Origin: Eledone cirrhosa
Lineage: Eukaryota
Direction: 5' to 3'
NCBI GenBank assembly: GCA_964016885.1
Contig: OZ024740.1
Location: 283,774,001 to 283,838,000, forward strand
DNA length: 64,000 nucleotides
Part shown: in pieces, positions 62,135-64,000 of the stretch
Position numbering within the stretch: position 1 is the stretch's first letter
Layout of the letters: each line of letters starts with the position of its first letter
The notes under the pieces: generated by a model
The model's database searches: none
The model's input: only the letters and a program-made list of their open reading frames with translations
Told to the model about the DNA's origin: nothing
Translations under genes and position numbers: made by a program

Positions 62135-64000
62135 TAGAAAGGTAACACACGAGTTGATATATATAAAAAAACATAGTAGAAAGAAAACGTTTTTTTCTGT
62201 AGAAAATGGTGAAATTTCAAAACATTAATTTATTTATGATACCGGTTTCAGCATTAAATGCATTTTCAATTGCGGATATGCAGAATAATGTTAAGTTGCA
62301 TATTTGTACAAATAGTGGAAAATAATGATAATAACAAAGAAAAAGAGAAAAATATATATAGAGAGGGGAAGAAAAGTTAATTTTCACATACGTAGTCCTT
62401 CAGAGAAGAAAGTCATTTTGTTAGTCCATCCATCTGGAAGAAGCAGGAGGGAAGAGAAGAAGAGAAGAAAAGAAGAAGAAGGGGGAGGAGGTAGGGGATG
62501 TTTTTGTGGATGCAGACTGCTATGTGGGACCCTTTAATTAGTGGATACAAGGTTTAGCTGGGATTGGTTTGAAAGGCTGGGTGACCTTAGTGTTGACTGG
62601 GGGTGCTTCTAAAAATATCTATCTTGGTATTTTTTTCTTAGAAGAAATCAACATTGACCTTGTTGTTTTTTTTGCCAGAAAGAAGATTTAGAGTTATTGA
62701 AATATTAATTCCATCCCTAGCAGGAATTTTCGATTTAGCGGGATGGAGAAAATGTTGCTACAAAGAGGGGTTCAGAGCCACTGGAATACCCATTCTATCT
62801 TCAGCAGAAGCTTCCAGATTCAGGGGAATGTAAAGCATTTAGTTTAGCACCTGAATGTTTCCATTTATCTGATTATCTTCATGGAGGTCCTCCAGGACTT
62901 GCTGATGTGTGTGTTACTATGTGGTTGCTTGGTCTGTATTATATAGTTGTCAGAGGTTGCTGGAATCTTGGTGAAGGATACATTGCTAAAGGGTTAATAT
63001 GTCTAGGGTGTTGATTTTAAAGTGTGCCAGCTTTGGTCTGGTCCGAAGTGGAAGCATTTAGAAGGGGTTCGTATTTGGCGATAAATTGTGATTCCTTGCT
63101 AATGCGTTGGATGTAGGAAGCGTTTTCTTTGAATTTGTAGATGGGAAAAATTATAAAATTGGGTTGTTCATTGGATGTGGAGGTCGCGATGTGTTCACTT
63201 AGTGCTATCTTTCTGTATTCCCGTATTTTGATTTGGGATCTATGGACGGTCATACTTTGTCAGAGGCTGTGTGGGATCTGTTCTATGTAGTGCTACCGAC
63301 AACCTGAGCAGGTCAACACATAGATCAGGTTTTCTGATGCGCATGTGAAATTGTATTTAACTGTAAAGTGTTGTCCTTGTTTGAAGTGGAATTCCGATCC
63401 CTCTATTAGATTGATACATATACCACAGTTGGGTCTTCCGCATTTTTTTATTGTAGGGTTCATTGTGGGGGTCGGCTGGACTTTGGCCTGTGTAAGGATG
63501 TTTTTTATTGATTTCGGCTGTCTTTTGCTCTTTATGATAGTGTGTGTTTGGAGGATTAGGTTCATTCTTAGGTCTCTTTTTAGTAAAGGTATGTTCTGGA
63601 GGATGGTGTCGAATGTCTCATTGCTAAGGGGGTTGTGTGTGGAGATGTATGGTAGAGTTTTCAGTTTTTATTCATTCCTTGGTTTGGGGTGTCTAAGTTC
63701 CTGGATGTTGAGTTTTAGGGCACGTTGGAATCCATTGTTGATTAGGGATGGTGGCTAATTCCTGCTAATAATTCTTTAATTCTTCTAGTCGTATGTAGCA
63801 TGTGTATTTATCAGATACTATTGTGCAGATCCTTTTGGCTAGGTTATAGGGAATTCTCATTATGGTGTGTCTAGAATGGCATGAGTTGAATGGAAGATAA
63901 TGTTTGGAGTTTGTGGGTTTATAGTATATGTCTGTTTCTATTTTGTTGTTGATTTTCTTAATGAGGATGTCGAGGAAAGGAAGTTGTTCGTGGCTGTATT
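62130..64000 (-). mobile_element. Neptune-like PLE 3' part: RT thumb, Cys-rich linker, GIY-YIG and 3' UTR (runs off the window end)
   Basis: LPFLDILI...TDIYYKPT..YL.F.S.H, CGRPNCGIC, FTC.SENLIYVLTC..C, HRSQI...LSEHI...ESQFI. HHR-like TTGAAAA-TGCA..TGCT-GAAA(ccgg)TA at about 62238-62270. Confidence 0.88.

Overview
AT-rich eukaryotic genomic DNA. The SINE families and the extreme (TA)n/(TG)n load suggest an octopus or other cephalopod, but this is inference. I find no supportable host gene; nearly all ORF-track entries are microsatellite artefacts. The window is a mosaic of microsatellite arrays and transposon relics: a near-complete CR1-type LINE, R4/Dong, CRE and RTE-like LINE fragments, a Buster/Charlie hAT with TIRs and an 8-bp TSD, a mariner fragment, many tRNA-derived SINEs, and several Penelope-like elements (PLEs; RT plus GIY-YIG). 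The main hidden signal is that many of the short unique 'islands' between (TA)n tracts carry a type I hammerhead ribozyme (HHR) motif (stem I-CUGANGA-stem II-GAAA-stem III-UH-stem I'). I count more than 20 motifs from about 15 unrelated sequence families. They occur as fold-back palindromes, inverted pseudo-LTRs or head-to-tail tandems, pointing to a diverse community of (TA)n-associated PLEs and non-coding retrozyme-like passengers. All folds were read by eye and none has been tested.
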